DNA of 64,000 nucleotides from Mobula hypostoma (taxonomy: Eukaryota), in the NCBI RefSeq assembly GCF_963921235.1, contig NC_086109.1:31622001-31686000 (forward strand), read 5' to 3'. Shown piece by piece: positions 1-11,913 of the stretch. Both the position numbers and the translations under genes were made by a program. A model generated the notes under the pieces. The model was not told the origin of the DNA. It saw only the letters and a list, made by a program, of their open reading frames with translations, and made no database searches. Position 1 is the stretch's first letter. Every line of letters begins with the position of its first letter.

Positions 1-649
1 TTGTGCAATTCACTCCTAACTATCCCATGAAATGGTCAAGAAAACCATATGATTCAAATGTAATTAGAAATTGGTCTCACCACCATCATCCATATTCCAT
101 GTCTGAGTAAGATTAAAAATAGCTTCAATTAGACCATGGAACATCTCAGTACAGGTCCTTCGGCCCATGATGTTGCAATGACCTTTTTAAACTACTCTAA
201 GATCCTATATAACCTCCATTTTTTTTTAACATTCATGTGCCTACATAGTGGTTCACTAATTATGCACATATTTGTCTTTCTACCCAGAAAGGCTCGAAGG
301 CTTTTAAAGTGATTACCAGTCACATACTAGCTATTAATGATAGCAAACTCAATGGCTAGTATTTGCTCAATGCATAAGTATTCTTGTTGTCCTAATATTG
401 CCATGTATTGTTAGAATCTGATAACTTCCAATAGCTCTTGTAGTTGCTAATTACAATCTGCCTGTGGCAAAAGCTTTGTCCTTTACCAGAAGTCATTAAT
501 TAGAAGTCACCGTCATTCAGGAGATTAGAATTAATCTGTGGACATTTTCCAGCAAATACAAATAATCATGCTTACTCATACGAAGTTTCTCAAATATTCT
601 CAGTTTAAACTTGAGCTTCATGACACTTTCCCTTTATGGTGATTGCCTA

Positions 650-1080
650 AGTGGTAAGCAGATTGTTAATGAGGGATAGAAAAGAAACAGGGCCACAAAA
701 GCAAAGAGAACAATAAAACAATTTCAGCAGCTAAAGAATTATCTGAAATTGACCAGAGTATTAATAATACAATAATAATAAGATATTAAAGGATGTGCAG
801 AAGGCAACTACAATCCCAATGATTTCCACTGACTTTGATATAAATAAAAAGGCTCAAAATCAGTAAAACCCCAGGAATAAATTTTACTTACCCTAAGAAG
901 CTTTTATGATAAATATTGGTAATTATTATTAAGGAGCAATCGGATATTGTAAAGACACCAGCTGATTTTAAATAGACCAAAGAGAATATGAATTATTAAG
1001 GAGAGTAATTTGGAAAAAAGGTAAAACCAACAACCATCTTATATTAATATTGTGTAAAGCCACAAAACTGAGAATCAAAA
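650..1080 (+). mobile_element. Very old CR1-like ORF2 remnant
   Basis: Decayed match to the CR1 'KSPGPD..YPR.L.E...P.DW...LFKKG..GNYRP' coding region (e.g. 'agtaaaaccccagga...ttaccctaagaagc'); no open frame. Confidence 0.3.
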
Positions 1081-1675
1081 ATAAATCTGAGTATTGTCTA
1101 TAAGCTCTCAAACATAGTCAAAGTGACAGCCAGTTATCCATTTTCCAAGTGAAAAGGATTCCTGTGAATACCTTTTCATAATCCTTCACAATATGAAAGA
1201 ACTCGAAAGGAGACATGCTGTACTGAATTTGTTCTCAGTGATACAGCCTTGTACTTCTGTGGTGACTATTAAAGTTTCAATGCACTCCTTTCAATGCTTA
1301 TATGCATTATTTCTACAATAGGGCAATTAGGATTGCACACAGGATTCTAGTTGTGTTCTGTTTGACTTTATATATTTAGCATATGGACTATTTCAACTCC
1401 ATCCCTCCAGAAACAATCACTGATATAACGGTTTACTTTTTGTTGCTTTGTTAAGTTACCTCATGTTTTAGTGTCTTCATGTATTGATAGTTCAAGATCC
1501 TTTCTCTCTTGAGAAATAGCATCAACTAACAAAAGTTCTTCTTCTTGTTGTTTCTGCAATTACCTCATTTGGGAGGGATTCTCTCACTTAGTTAAGTTGG
1601 CTGGTCCCCAGCCATCCTTCACCTTTTTTTTAAATGTAGGCATTATGTCATTGCATAAGCTGCCTGCCAATATAA

Positions 1676-2390
1676 GGTTCAAAGTTCAAGGTACATTTAT
1701 TATCAAAGTATGCATGTACTATACAACTCTGAGATCTGTCTTCTCCAGACAGTCTTGTAACAAAGAAAACCATGGAAACCGTTCAAAGAAAAACATCAAC
1801 ACCCCCACACACATAAAATGATTTGTGGAAGGGGCAACAAGAACATCAACACCAGCCCCCCCCACCACAAACCCACAAGCAAACAACAAACAAATCACAT
1901 AAACTACAACAAGAAATAACAGCAAAAAAAAACAGACTATAAAAACATAAAACTGAACTGAAAGAATCCAAGTGAACTACAGTGCAATTCATAAATCTTC
2001 AATACCAGCCTCTGAGGGCATTAAGGGAGAGAAGGACCATTCAAATGCAGAGGCCTATCCTTGGGAGAAGCGAGCGAAAGATTGTCACTCACAGACACCT
2101 CCCTCTGTCAGCAGTGTGTAAAAGGCTGGTCGTTGGCGCTGATCACTTGCTCACCTTTCGCACTCACCTCGATGTTTCAATCTTCCTCAATGCTTTGATC
2201 AGTGAGAAATGGAGCCGATCATGGGCTCTATCTCGTCCTCAAGCTTCTGGGCCTCAAAGTTGCTCATTTCCTGGAATCTTCCTCGGGACAGAAAAGCACC
2301 AGCTCGTTCAATAGAGCTTCAAACAGTACATCACAGCTCTACCGGTACCAGAAACATATTGAAAATTAAAAAGATGTAACTGAAGTGGCA
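1676..2390 (-). mobile_element. Non-autonomous retroposon or long 3' UTR with a Rex1-like tail
   Basis: Minus-strand end reads '...gataataaatgtaccttgaactttgaacct' (AATAAA plus TTGAAC repeats, the tail style of Rex1 copies in this window); no coding capacity. Confidence 0.5.
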
Positions 2391-2597
2391 GAAACAGTAT
2401 AGCTTTTTCTTATGCATTATTATATGTATTGAATAGCCTCTTTGCCAATTCTTCCATAGATTCATTTAAAAGGTGATGAAGCAATTCATCCGATCAAGGA
2501 GTCTTATACTTTTTGTTTGATTAGCTAATTTAAATTTATTTTTGGTTTAATTTAAATAAGGTTAAATCATTTCCAATCATATCATCTGATGTCATGT

Positions 2598-3000
2598 CTA
2601 TCTGATCGGACTCCATTGTAGATATTGAAGTTGATAGAGGTGTATAAGATGGTGAGAGGCATTGACCGTGTGGATAGTCAGAGGCTTTTTCCCAAAGCTG
2701 AAATGGTTACCACAAGAGGACACAAGTTTAAGGTGCCGAGGAATAGGTACAGAGGAGATGTCAGGGGTCAGGTTTTTTACGCAGAGAGTGGTGAGTGCGT
2801 GAAATGGGCTGCCAGCAATGGTGGTGGAGGTGGATATGATAGGGCCTTTTAAGAGACTTCTGGGTAGGTACATAGAGCTTAGAAAAATAGAGGGCTATGG
2901 GTAAGCCTAGTAATTTCTAAGGTAGGGTCATGTTCAGCACAACTTTGTGGGCCGAAGGGTCTATATTGTGCTGTAGGTTTTCTATGTTTCTATGATTCTA
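2598..3000 (+). mobile_element. CR1 LINE 3' fragment
   Basis: ORF2 C-terminus 'LIEVYKMVRGIDRVDSQRLFP..TRGHKFK'; 3' hairpin region 'ggccgaagggtc'; (TTTCTATG)n tail at about 2979-3000. Confidence 0.9.
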
Positions 3001-3821
3001 CTGTATGCTTCTAAATACTATTGCATTACTGTTAAAACACAATTAAATTGAAACTTAATACTATGTGAAAAAAAATATATTACAGTATTCATTACTTCAT
3101 CTTCTGGGTTTCTTCTTATCCACCAATGGCCTCTTCTATTCTCAATTACTGTTTTAAATTTACTTTCCAGTTGAGTGTTTTTCTATTTTGTTTTAGACTC
3201 TTCAATAACTTGAATGCACAGCTCCTTTTGCCTTCCTACTGTTTTTATACTTCTCTCCTGATCTCATTACCTCTCATTGTTATGCTCTCCCCTGCTGCCC
3301 AAGTACTTAGAATATGCCTCTGTCTTTACTCTAATGTTTCTTTATGTCTGTATTCATCAGCAGAGTGTCAGTAGTGTTTAATTTCAGCAGGATATATGCT
3401 GCTGAATGTGGCCTTAAATGTTTTCCATTGACGTTCACCATTCATTGATGGTATTATTTTTCAGCAGTTTCATTCTCAGCCTCAAAAAAGTGCTTTTCAT
3501 TCATTATTATGTAGTCTCTACCATACTTAGTTTCTTCTAAATTATTAAACATTATATTGTAATCATTTATTGTCTAAATGCTCTCATTAATTTGTGCCAC
3601 AGGGAATGACCATCTGCAAAAAGAGAAATTCTAACCATCAATTTTTGATATTTACCATCACCAAGCCCCTCACCCACATGAGTCCTTGGGGATTGTCAAT
3701 GATCTGAATTAGCCATGTAAATGCCACATAGGCACCGGTCACACAGTGGCCACTGCCTCAACTCCTGTTACCCTTCACATTACCTACATGGCATAAGGCA
3801 TGAACAAGATAGATTACTTAC

Positions 3822-3948
3822 CTGGACCTGAAGCTCCAAGAATACTCAGGCAGCCTAACAAATACCATGCAAAACGTTTGATTGACAACAAATTCTTCTC
3901 CACCCCCATCAGAATATCTGTTTCCTCTGTTGCTGCGTTGCAAGTCAT
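3822..3948 (-). CDS. Candidate first coding exon of an unidentified host gene, encoding a signal-peptide-like N-terminus with a phase-1 donor
   Basis: ATG 3948 or 3909 gives (MTCNAATEETDIL)MGVEKNLLSIKRFAWYLLGCLSILGASGP(G); consensus donor CCAG|GTAAGT at 3822/3821; pyrimidine-rich acceptors at 4011 (tttttgattttaag) or 4025 (ctctttatag); sequence looks non-repetitive. Confidence 0.5.
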
Positions 3949-4136
3949 CTACAAAATGCCCTTTGGCTGAAAGCTTAGTCTCTCCTGTAGCACTTCCCAA
4001 GCCCAAGGGTCTTAAAATCAAAAACTATAAAGAGCACATAAATGCATATCCATTTAGAAGACCCTCTCCAAATCATATGCTATCCTGACATGGAAGCACA
4101 CTACAGTTCTGTCATCATGATTAGAGCCTATAAATG

Positions 4137-4510
4137 CTCTCATTAATCTGATGGTGGTGTCTGAAAAGAGGATGCTGTCTAAGTTGCATGCCATCTTGGA
4201 CAATGTCTCCCATCCACTACATACTGTACTGGTTGGGCACAGGAGTACCTTCAGCCAGAGACTCATTCCACCGAGATGCAACACAGAGCGTCATAGGAAG
4301 TCATTCCTGCCTGTGGCCATCAAATTTTACAACTCCTCCCTTGGTGGATCAGACACCCTGAGCCAATAGGCTGGTCCTGGACTTATTTCATAATTTACAT
4401 ATTACTATTTAATTATTTATGGTTTTATTACTATTTAACTATTTATGGTGCAACTGTAACAAAAACCAATTTCCCCCGGGATCAATAAAGTATGACTATG
4501 ACTACGACTA
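4137..4510 (+). mobile_element. Rex1/Babar-type LINE 3' fragment
   Basis: 'KLHAILDNVSHPLH...FSQRLIPPRCNTERHRKSFLPVAIKFYN' C-terminus; AATAAA followed by (ATGACT)n tail. Confidence 0.8.
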
Positions 4511-4565
4511 AGTCTAGAATCTGCAAACCAAAGCAAGGTTGTGGTGGTTCAAGAGGTGACTCACA

Positions 4566-5120
4566 CTTTATACTTTATTGTCGCCAAACAATTGATACAT
4601 ACAATCATCACAGCAATATTTGATTCTGCGCTTCCCACTCCTTGGATTACAAATATTAAATATTAAAAATAGTAAAAATTAGTAAATATTAAAATTTTAA
4701 ATTATAAATCATAAATAGAAAATAGAAAATGGAAAGTAAGGTACTGCAAAAAAACCGAGAGTCAGGTCTGGATATTTGTAGAGTATGGCCCAGATCCGGG
4801 TCAGGATCCGTTCAGCAGTCTTATCACAGCTGGAAAGAAGCTGTTCCCAAATCTGGCCGTACGAGTCTTCAAGTTCCTGAGCCTTCTCCCGGAGGGAAGA
4901 GGGACGAGAAGTGTGTTGGCTGGGTGGGTCGTGTCCTTGATTATCCTGGCAGCACTGCTCCGACAGCGTGCGGTGCAGAATGAGTCCAAGGACGGAAGAT
5001 TCGTTTGTGTGATGTGCTGGGCTGTGTTCACGATCTTCTGCAGCTTCTTGCGGTCTAGGACAGGACAACTTCCATACCAGGTTGTGATGCACCCCAGAAG
5101 AATACTTTCTATGGTGCATC
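4566..5120 (-). mobile_element. Rex1/Babar LINE 3' fragment
   Basis: 'AARIIKDTTHPANTLLVPLPSGRRLRNLKTRTARFGNSFFPAVIRLLN' C-terminus; tail caataaagtataaagt. Confidence 0.85.
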
Positions 5121-5324
5121 ACCATCTTCTCAAGGACAATTAGATGTGAGTAATTAATGATTTGCCTGTGATGCTTGCATCCAAAAAAAATGAATAAATT
5201 TTTTAAAAGTGCTGTAGTTTATTTCACATGGTTGGATCCATTGGGTGAAATAGTTTGAACCTTTGAGGTATGCTCCCAGTTCTAACATTAGCCCTTGCTT
5301 GTATTTCTCCTAAATGTCTTAGAG

Positions 5325-5596
5325 AGGCATAGTGAGACCATGGATTTGCTCCTTGGCACATGCCTAGGCAAGGTTGTATGGAAGACCAGCAGTTGCCCAT
5401 GCTGCAAGTCTCCCTTCTCCACACCACCGATGTTGTCCAAGGGAAGGGCACTAAGGCGGATACAGCTTGGCACTGGTGTTGTCGCAGAGCGATGTGTGGT
5501 TAAGTGCCTTGCTCAACATGTTGCCTCAGCTGAGGCTCAAACTAGCGACCTTCAGGTCACTAGACCGATGCCTTAACCACTTGGACACTGTGCCAA
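5325..5596 (-). mobile_element. tRNA-derived CORE-type SINE
   Basis: Minus strand: tRNA-like head 'ggcacagtgtccaagtggttaaggc...ggtcgctagtttgagcctc' followed by CORE-like 'ttgagcaaggcacttaacc'. Confidence 0.6.
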
Positions 5597-6193
5597 CACA
5601 AGGCAGAGAGGAGTCCTGTATATATTATACAAACTCCATTAACTGGCCCTATTCACCTGCCTCTTAGTCCAATACATTTTTTTGAAGCTAGAGTGACAGC
5701 CTCCTTGAGAATATACTGTGATCTAAATTGGAGAAAACCTGCATCCAGACTGCTAAATGGCACTTTACAAAGTGCTTTGTCATAGGAGTAGCTGCTCTGG
5801 GTAGACGATCAAAATAATTAAGGTACTGGATGAAGTTCAGAAAACAACTAAAATCTACATCAGGGTTAAGGAGCTGTCATGGAATTTGTCTTGTAGGATA
5901 CTTCAGAGATAAATATTTGGAGAGCTCCTTTTTTCATGTATTTTCATCAATGGTTTGAATTCAGAAACTGAATGAATAATGATTATTTTATTACCAGAAT
6001 AGAAGTGGGGAAGGATAGGAGGTGGGAAACGCAAAAGCCAACACAATGCACATGAAAGGAATGGGTGAAAATCAGTGATAGATAGACAGCAGATAAAATC
6101 TAATGCAGAAGAATAAGAGGCTATTAGAAACAAAAATACGACTGACTTTTTTATTTGATGAAAAATCTGGAATCAGCGGAGAAAAAAAAAAGT

Positions 6194-6472
6194 AAACAAC
6201 AGGAATTCTGCAGATGCTGGAAATTCAAGCAACACACATAAAAGTTGCTGGTGAACGCAGCAGGCCAGGCAGCATCTCTAGGAAGAGGTGCAGTCGATGT
6301 TTCAGGCCTGTCTTCTCCTATCATTTTGGATCTCCCCCTCCCCCTCCAACTTTCAAATCCCTTACTCACTCTTCCTTCAGTTAGTCCTGACGAAGGGTCT
6401 CGGCCTGAAACGTCGACTGCACCTCTTCCTAGAGATGCTGCCTGGCCTTCTGTGTTCACCAGCAACTTTTAT
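6194..6472. mobile_element. Penelope-like element terminal fragment with inverted pseudo-LTR
   Basis: About 70-bp inverted arms (about 6238-6308 / 6402-6472); flanked by TSD GAG(A)9-10GT at 6179-6193 and 6473-6486; same family as 48576-50567 and 57277-57998. Confidence 0.85.
6383..6418 (+). ncRNA. Minimal type I hammerhead ribozyme (PLE-borne)
   Basis: AGTC-CTGACGA-A-GGGT-CTCG-GCCT-GAAA-CGTC-GACT: stem I AGUC/GACU, CUGANGA and GAAA core boxes, stem II, palindromic ACGU stem III, predicted cleavage after GUC (C6414). Confidence 0.8.
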
Positions 6473-7504
6473 GAGAAAAAAAAAGTCTTTTTTTTTCTTT
6501 TGAGTATCTTCAAATATGCGTGAGAGAATGTAATCCAGAATAGCATTTCAAACTAGTTGCTGTATTTTGGGTAAAATTAATAAAGAGAAAGAAATTTAGA
6601 AAAAATTAATAAAGACAAACATAATGTTGGGGCCAAGGAGTTCCTCACACAAGGCACATTCAACAAAATGAAATAGTTTATGCATAAAATAGAAGAGATG
6701 AAAACTTCACAATTATTTAAAAACTAATTGGGTACTGTAAAGGAAAGGGTGTTGTTTAGGTCATTATCCGACAGAATGCTACAGAAATCTGACTGGACTA
6801 CCTGATCTGCAGGTATTTATTGATCTTTATTTCACATTGAGAGACAACATCATAATCTTCTGCTGTAAATTCAGGAATTTAAACACTATGAGACTCTAGC
6901 CTGGGTAATGACCATACTGCATTTCTCATGGATGTACATTGTTTAGTTTTGCATTTGCCCTTGGTACATTAAGCAATTTTTTTCCCATTTTTCATTTCAT
7001 CTGTAAAGGTCATTGCTTATCTATCTATTTCAATGCATCAACTTTCTTTGCTTTGTCTTTATTATTGCGTGTTTCTTTGTTGCAAAATAGAGACTTCAGC
7101 ATGGAGCCTTGCTGTGTAGGAGCTTATATTTCATATATATAGAAAATTTGATTCCATATTTTCTTCTTATTACCTCATTAAGTTTAAGTGTGAATTGTGG
7201 TTTTGGGTTCCTCAATCATTCCTAATGATATTCTGATCATTTAGAAATTAGATCTAATCAAGCTGTAACTCTATCTCTTAAGTTTTCCACCTCTGATTAC
7301 TCAGTGATCACCCCAAAGAAGCTCTTAACTAGACTGATAACACAGTAGATAACATAATCTAGAACTGAGTAGGCAGCTTACTTAGCCCAACCATTACGCT
7401 GAACATTCACTGTGTGCAATGCTCCATTGGTCAACATCTTGTGGCTAAACCACGAAAGCCTTTTACTTCACTTCTTTTAGGTCTGATTTTCATCTTCAAT
7501 ATGT

Positions 7505-8148
7505 TTTTTGATCTGTTAGACCCCGCAATTTCCATCTTGGAAATTGACTGAGCGATCCAGCACTTCGTTGTCTCCGAGAAGATTCCGGGTAGCAGTGAGC
7601 GCGAACTTCGAGGCGAAGAAACTACGAGATGGGGCACAGGCTGATGTTTGACTCCATTTCACTGATTAAGGCTTCTGTTGTTCACCAATTAAAGCAATGA
7701 GGAAGATTGAAAGACTGAGGCGAATTCAGAGCGCGAGCGCCGATGGCCTTCTGACACTAGTGGGATCGCTCTGCTGCCAAAGAGGAAGCCTGTGTGGTTT
7801 ATCACTGTGCCCGAAGGCTCTTGCTTTCTATAAACGTGCTGAATGTTACTGAGATTTCTGTGTATGGATTTTGCATATGGACTATGCACTTTTTTCAGTC
7901 TTATGGCTTTTATAGTCTGTGTGTTTTCACCATTCTTTCTCATTGTTTTTGTGCAGGGTAAGGGAGATTTAAGGGTCAATGTTTTTGTTGTGTTTCATGC
8001 AGGGGAAGGGGGATCTTGTGGATCAATGTTCTTGTTGCTGACTTCCATGGGTTGCTTTGTTTCATGGCTATCTGGAGAAGAAGAATCTCAGAGATGTATA
8101 CTGCATACATACTTTGATAATAAGTGTGCCTTTGAACATTTTGAACTT
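7505..8148 (+). mobile_element. Non-autonomous retroposon with a Rex1-like tail
   Basis: CpG-richer 5' part, GT-rich body, 3' end 'gataataagtgtgcctttgaacattttgaactt' similar to the 1676-2390 and 46140-46955 tails. Confidence 0.5.
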
Positions 8149-8364
8149 ACTGCACCAACAAGTGTGCAATGTGCGCTATCTACTAAAAACACTGCAATTA
8201 TTCATCAATATTACTTTGTTTGCATCTCCCCAATCTGCTTCACAGGACAGAATTATCATATACAAGGGAACTCCTCCACCTTCTATTTTTCCAAAGGCTG
8301 TCATTAAGCAAAACACCATCGATGTTTTAAAAGAGAACTGAAATAAAGTAGATGGTTCAATAAA

Positions 8365-8545
8365 TACTCATAAATCAGGCAGCATCTGTGAAGAAAGAAA
8401 CAAAGTTAAAGATTCATTCTTATGATCTTCCAGCTGAACAGCTTGAGATGAAAGAACATTGACCCGAAACATATCCTCTGTTTCTTTCTCTACAAGTTGC
8501 TGTTCTACCTGTTAAGTATTCCCAGCATTTCCTATTTTATTCTTG
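8365..8545. mobile_element. Old Penelope-derived inverted-repeat remnant
   Basis: 'caggcagcatctgtgaagaaagaaacaaag' and reverse-complementary 'ctctgtttctttctctacaagttgctg', with a 'gacccgaaacat' hammerhead remnant. Confidence 0.45.
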
Positions 8546-9247
8546 AAATACTTTGCCTTTTTCTCCCACCTTTGTTGGGTCTAAGCCTTGAAACTTCCCA
8601 CTGAACAAGATCATGTGACTAATTCACAAGCATACCTGCAGTGGATCCAGAAATCAACACTACCACCTACTCAAGGGCAAGTAAGGGTGGTGCAATAAAA
8701 CAACTGTGATTCTACATTCCAGAACTGATTAGCAAAATATGATGGATTTTGCACAGGAAATTGTAAAATCTACATTAGGATATAATAATTTGCATTAAGT
8801 TTAACTTTTTTTTCTGAAATAAAAAAACATGCACATTCTGAAACTGTTATGTAGTTTTTCACAAGGATGTGTCCAGCGGTATACTTGAGTGAAGGATCAA
8901 TGTACCATTTTCCTGCATCCTTTGAGGCATTCTGCCCCATATTGAGAGTTCTGCTAGACAACATTCTGTTTTCTTTTCCCCCGACAATACATGGCTTTAA
9001 TGTTGAAGGCTGCTGTTGTTTTGATATACTACTGTGAAAAAAGGTGAGTATGGGAGTACTTTTGATGTAAAATGGACATGCTTGTTACAAGGCAACAATT
9101 TCAGGCATCACAGTATAACTGCCTCATCCTCTAATTTCACAAGCTCCTTTTTAAAGGACTGGATGAAATCAAAAGATGACCTGCATTTTTCGTTGCTACT
9201 TGACAAGGTAGGTTATTGCTCAGATGTATCACCTGTGGCATAACATC

Positions 9248-9667
9248 TTCTGTCCTTGGACTCACTTTACACCACACGCTGTCGGAGCAGTGCTGCCAGG
9301 ATAATCAAGGACACGACCCACCCAGCCAATACACTCTTCATCCCTCTTCCTTCCTGGAGAAGGCTCAGGAGCTTGAAGACTCATACGGCCAGATTTGGGA
9401 ACAGCTTCTTTCCAACTGTGATAAGACTGCTGAATGGATCCTGACCCGGATCTGGGCCATACCCTACAGATATCCGGACCTGCCTCCCAGTTTTTTTGCA
9501 GTACCTTACTTTCCATTTTCTATTTTCTATTTGTGATTTATAATTTAAATTGTTATTATATTTACTATCGATTTGTACTCCAGGGAGCGTGAAGTGCAGA
9601 ATCAAATATCGTTGTGATGATTGTATGCTCTAGTATCAATTGCATGGCGACAATAAAGAAATAAAGT
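9248..9667 (+). mobile_element. Rex1/Babar LINE 3' fragment (same family as 4566-5120)
   Basis: 'AARIIKDTTHPANTLFIPLPSWRRLRSLKTHTARFGNSFFPTVIRLLN' and a near-identical 3' UTR. Confidence 0.85.
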
Positions 9668-9983
9668 TTCGAGCAGTTCTTTCATTGTAATGAAGCTTAG
9701 CTTCTCGGGTCATCTGCCATATCAGACAGTTTGAGGTGGGCTTATGGATCAAGAGTGCAACAAGTTCCATGCAATAACTTCAAAGACTGTTGTTGAGAAA
9801 AGGGGACATCAAATGGATGAAATGCAAGACTTCATTGATTAACATTATTCCTTTGAATGGGAAATATTACTTGTGTGCATATGTGAGATGTCTTTCCTTT
9901 CGCTCCAGGGAATCAGTGTGAATTGAATGTTCTGGGGATAACCTGTGGGTAAAAGCAGATGAATAAAACTCAGATTTCCCAGT

Positions 9984-10835
9984 TCAGAATCAGAATCAGG
10001 TTTGTTATCACCGGCATGTGACATGAAATTTGTTAACTTAACAGCAGCAGTTCATTGCAGTACATAATTTAGAAGAGAAAAAAATAATAAATAACATAAA
10101 ATAATAATAAAAATAAATAAACAAGTAAATCAATTACAGTATACGCATATTCAATAGATTAAAAAAATGCAGAAAACAGAAATACTGTATATTTTTAAAA
10201 AGTGAGGTAGTGTTCAAGAATTCAATATCCATTTAGGAATTGGATGGCAGAGGGGAAGAAGCTGTTCCTGAATCGCTGAGTGTATGCCTTCAGGCTTCTG
10301 TATCTCCTAACAGTGAGAAAAGGGTGTGCCCTGGGTGCTGGAGGTCCTTAATAATGGATACTGCCCTTCTGAGACACCGCTCTCTGAAGATATCCTGGAT
10401 ACTTTGTAGGCTAGTACCCAAGATGGAGCTGACTAAATTTACAACCTTCTGCAGCTTCATTCGGTCCTGTGCAGTAACCCCTCCATACCAGACAGTGATG
10501 CAGCCTGTCATGATGCTCTGCATGGTACAACTACAGACAATTTTGAGTGTACTTGTTTTCATGCCAAATCTCTTCAAACTTCTAATGAAGTATAGCCGCT
10601 GTCTTGCCTTCTTTATAACTACATCGATATGTTGGGACCAGGTTAGATCCTCAGAGTCCCTGACACCCAGGAAGTTAAAACTTCTCACTCTCTCCACTCC
10701 TGATCCTTCTATGAGGATTGGTATGTGTTCCTTTGTCTTACCCTTCCTGAAGTCCACAATCAGCTCTTTCGTCTTACTAACGTTGAGTGCCAGGTTGTTG
10801 CTGTGTCACCATTCCATCAGCTGGCATATCTCACT
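9984..10835 (-). mobile_element. Rex1/Babar LINE 3' fragment
   Basis: ORF 10290-10757 'DFRK..VERVRSFNFLGV..DLTWSQHID..KKARQRLYF..ITVWYG'; (ATTCTG)n tail at about 9984-9999. Confidence 0.88.
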
Positions 10836-10994
10836 TAGTCTTTTACTGTGACTCAGGGTAAGCAATGTCCCTGGGCAATTCCATGACCCCCTAAACTTAT
10901 TCCTGACTAGCTGTAGTGCCTGGAGATCGAAAGAAATTTTCATTTTGAAAGACATAATGGGCACAGTTAATTTAAATTTAGGATTACTTATTGA

Positions 10995-11903
10995 AACACC
11001 CATAAAATGCTGGAGGAACACTGCAGGTCAAGGAGCATCGATGGAAAATGTACAGTCGATGTTTCGGGCTGAAACCCTTTGGCAGGACTGAAGAAAAAAT
11101 GCTGAAGAGCAGATTTAAAAGGTGGGGATAGGGAAGAGAGTACCACCAGGTGATAGGTGAAACCTGGATGGGGAGAGATGAAGTAAAGAGCGAGAAAATT
11201 GATTGGTGAGACGAGGTGAGAGAGGGAAAAGGGGATGGGAAATGGAGATGATGGGGAAGGGGTGAGATGAGGGACATTACCAGAAGTCTGAGAAATCAGT
11301 GTTCATGCCATCAGATGGGGGCTACTCAAATGGAACATAAGGTGTTCCTCCAACCTAAGTATGGCCTCATCAAGACAGTGGAGAAGGCCATGGATGGACA
11401 TATCGGAATGGAATGGAAAGTGGAATTAAAATGAGCGGCCACTGGGAGATCCCGTTTGTTCTGGCGGATGGAGCGTAGGCGCTCAGCAAAGCAGTCTCCC
11501 AATCTCCATCGGGTCTCACTGATGAACAAGAGGCCACACTGTGATACAGCAGGTGACCTCCAACAGACTCACAGGTGAAGTGTTGCCTCACCTGTCAGGA
11601 CTGTTTGGGGCCCTGAATGGTAGTGAGGGAGGAGGTGTCGGGGCAGGTGTAACACTTGTTCTGCTTGCAAGGATAAGTGCCAGGAGGGAGATCAGTGGGG
11701 AGGGTTGAATGGACAAAAGAGTCGCATAGGGAGCGATCCCTGTGGAAAGCAGAAAGAGAGAGGGAGGGAAAGATGTGCTTGGTGGAGAGATCCTGTTGGA
11801 GGTGGCAGAAGTTTCAGAGAATTATGTGCTGGTCTATTGAATTCTTCCAGCATTTTGTGTGTGTTCCTCAGATCTCCAGCAACTGCAGATTTTCTCTTGT
11901 TTG
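10995..11903 (-). mobile_element. Penelope-like element 3' part (GIY-YIG region plus pLTR) with inverted terminal segment at about 11828-11903
   Basis: Frameshifted 'RQHFTCES..', 'ISETRWRLGDCFAERLRSI..VAAHFNST'; hammerhead-like motif at 11054-11089 with a mutated core. Confidence 0.85.
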
Positions 11904-11913
11904 GGGTTTGATT

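Noticed and set aside
880..900. Minus-strand donor-like AGG|GTAAGT
   Set aside because: Lies within a decayed CR1 remnant with no supporting frame or acceptor
7843..8307. 154-aa hydrophobic ORF resembling a membrane protein
   Set aside because: Arises from the T/G-rich body of a non-coding repeat and runs across its boundary
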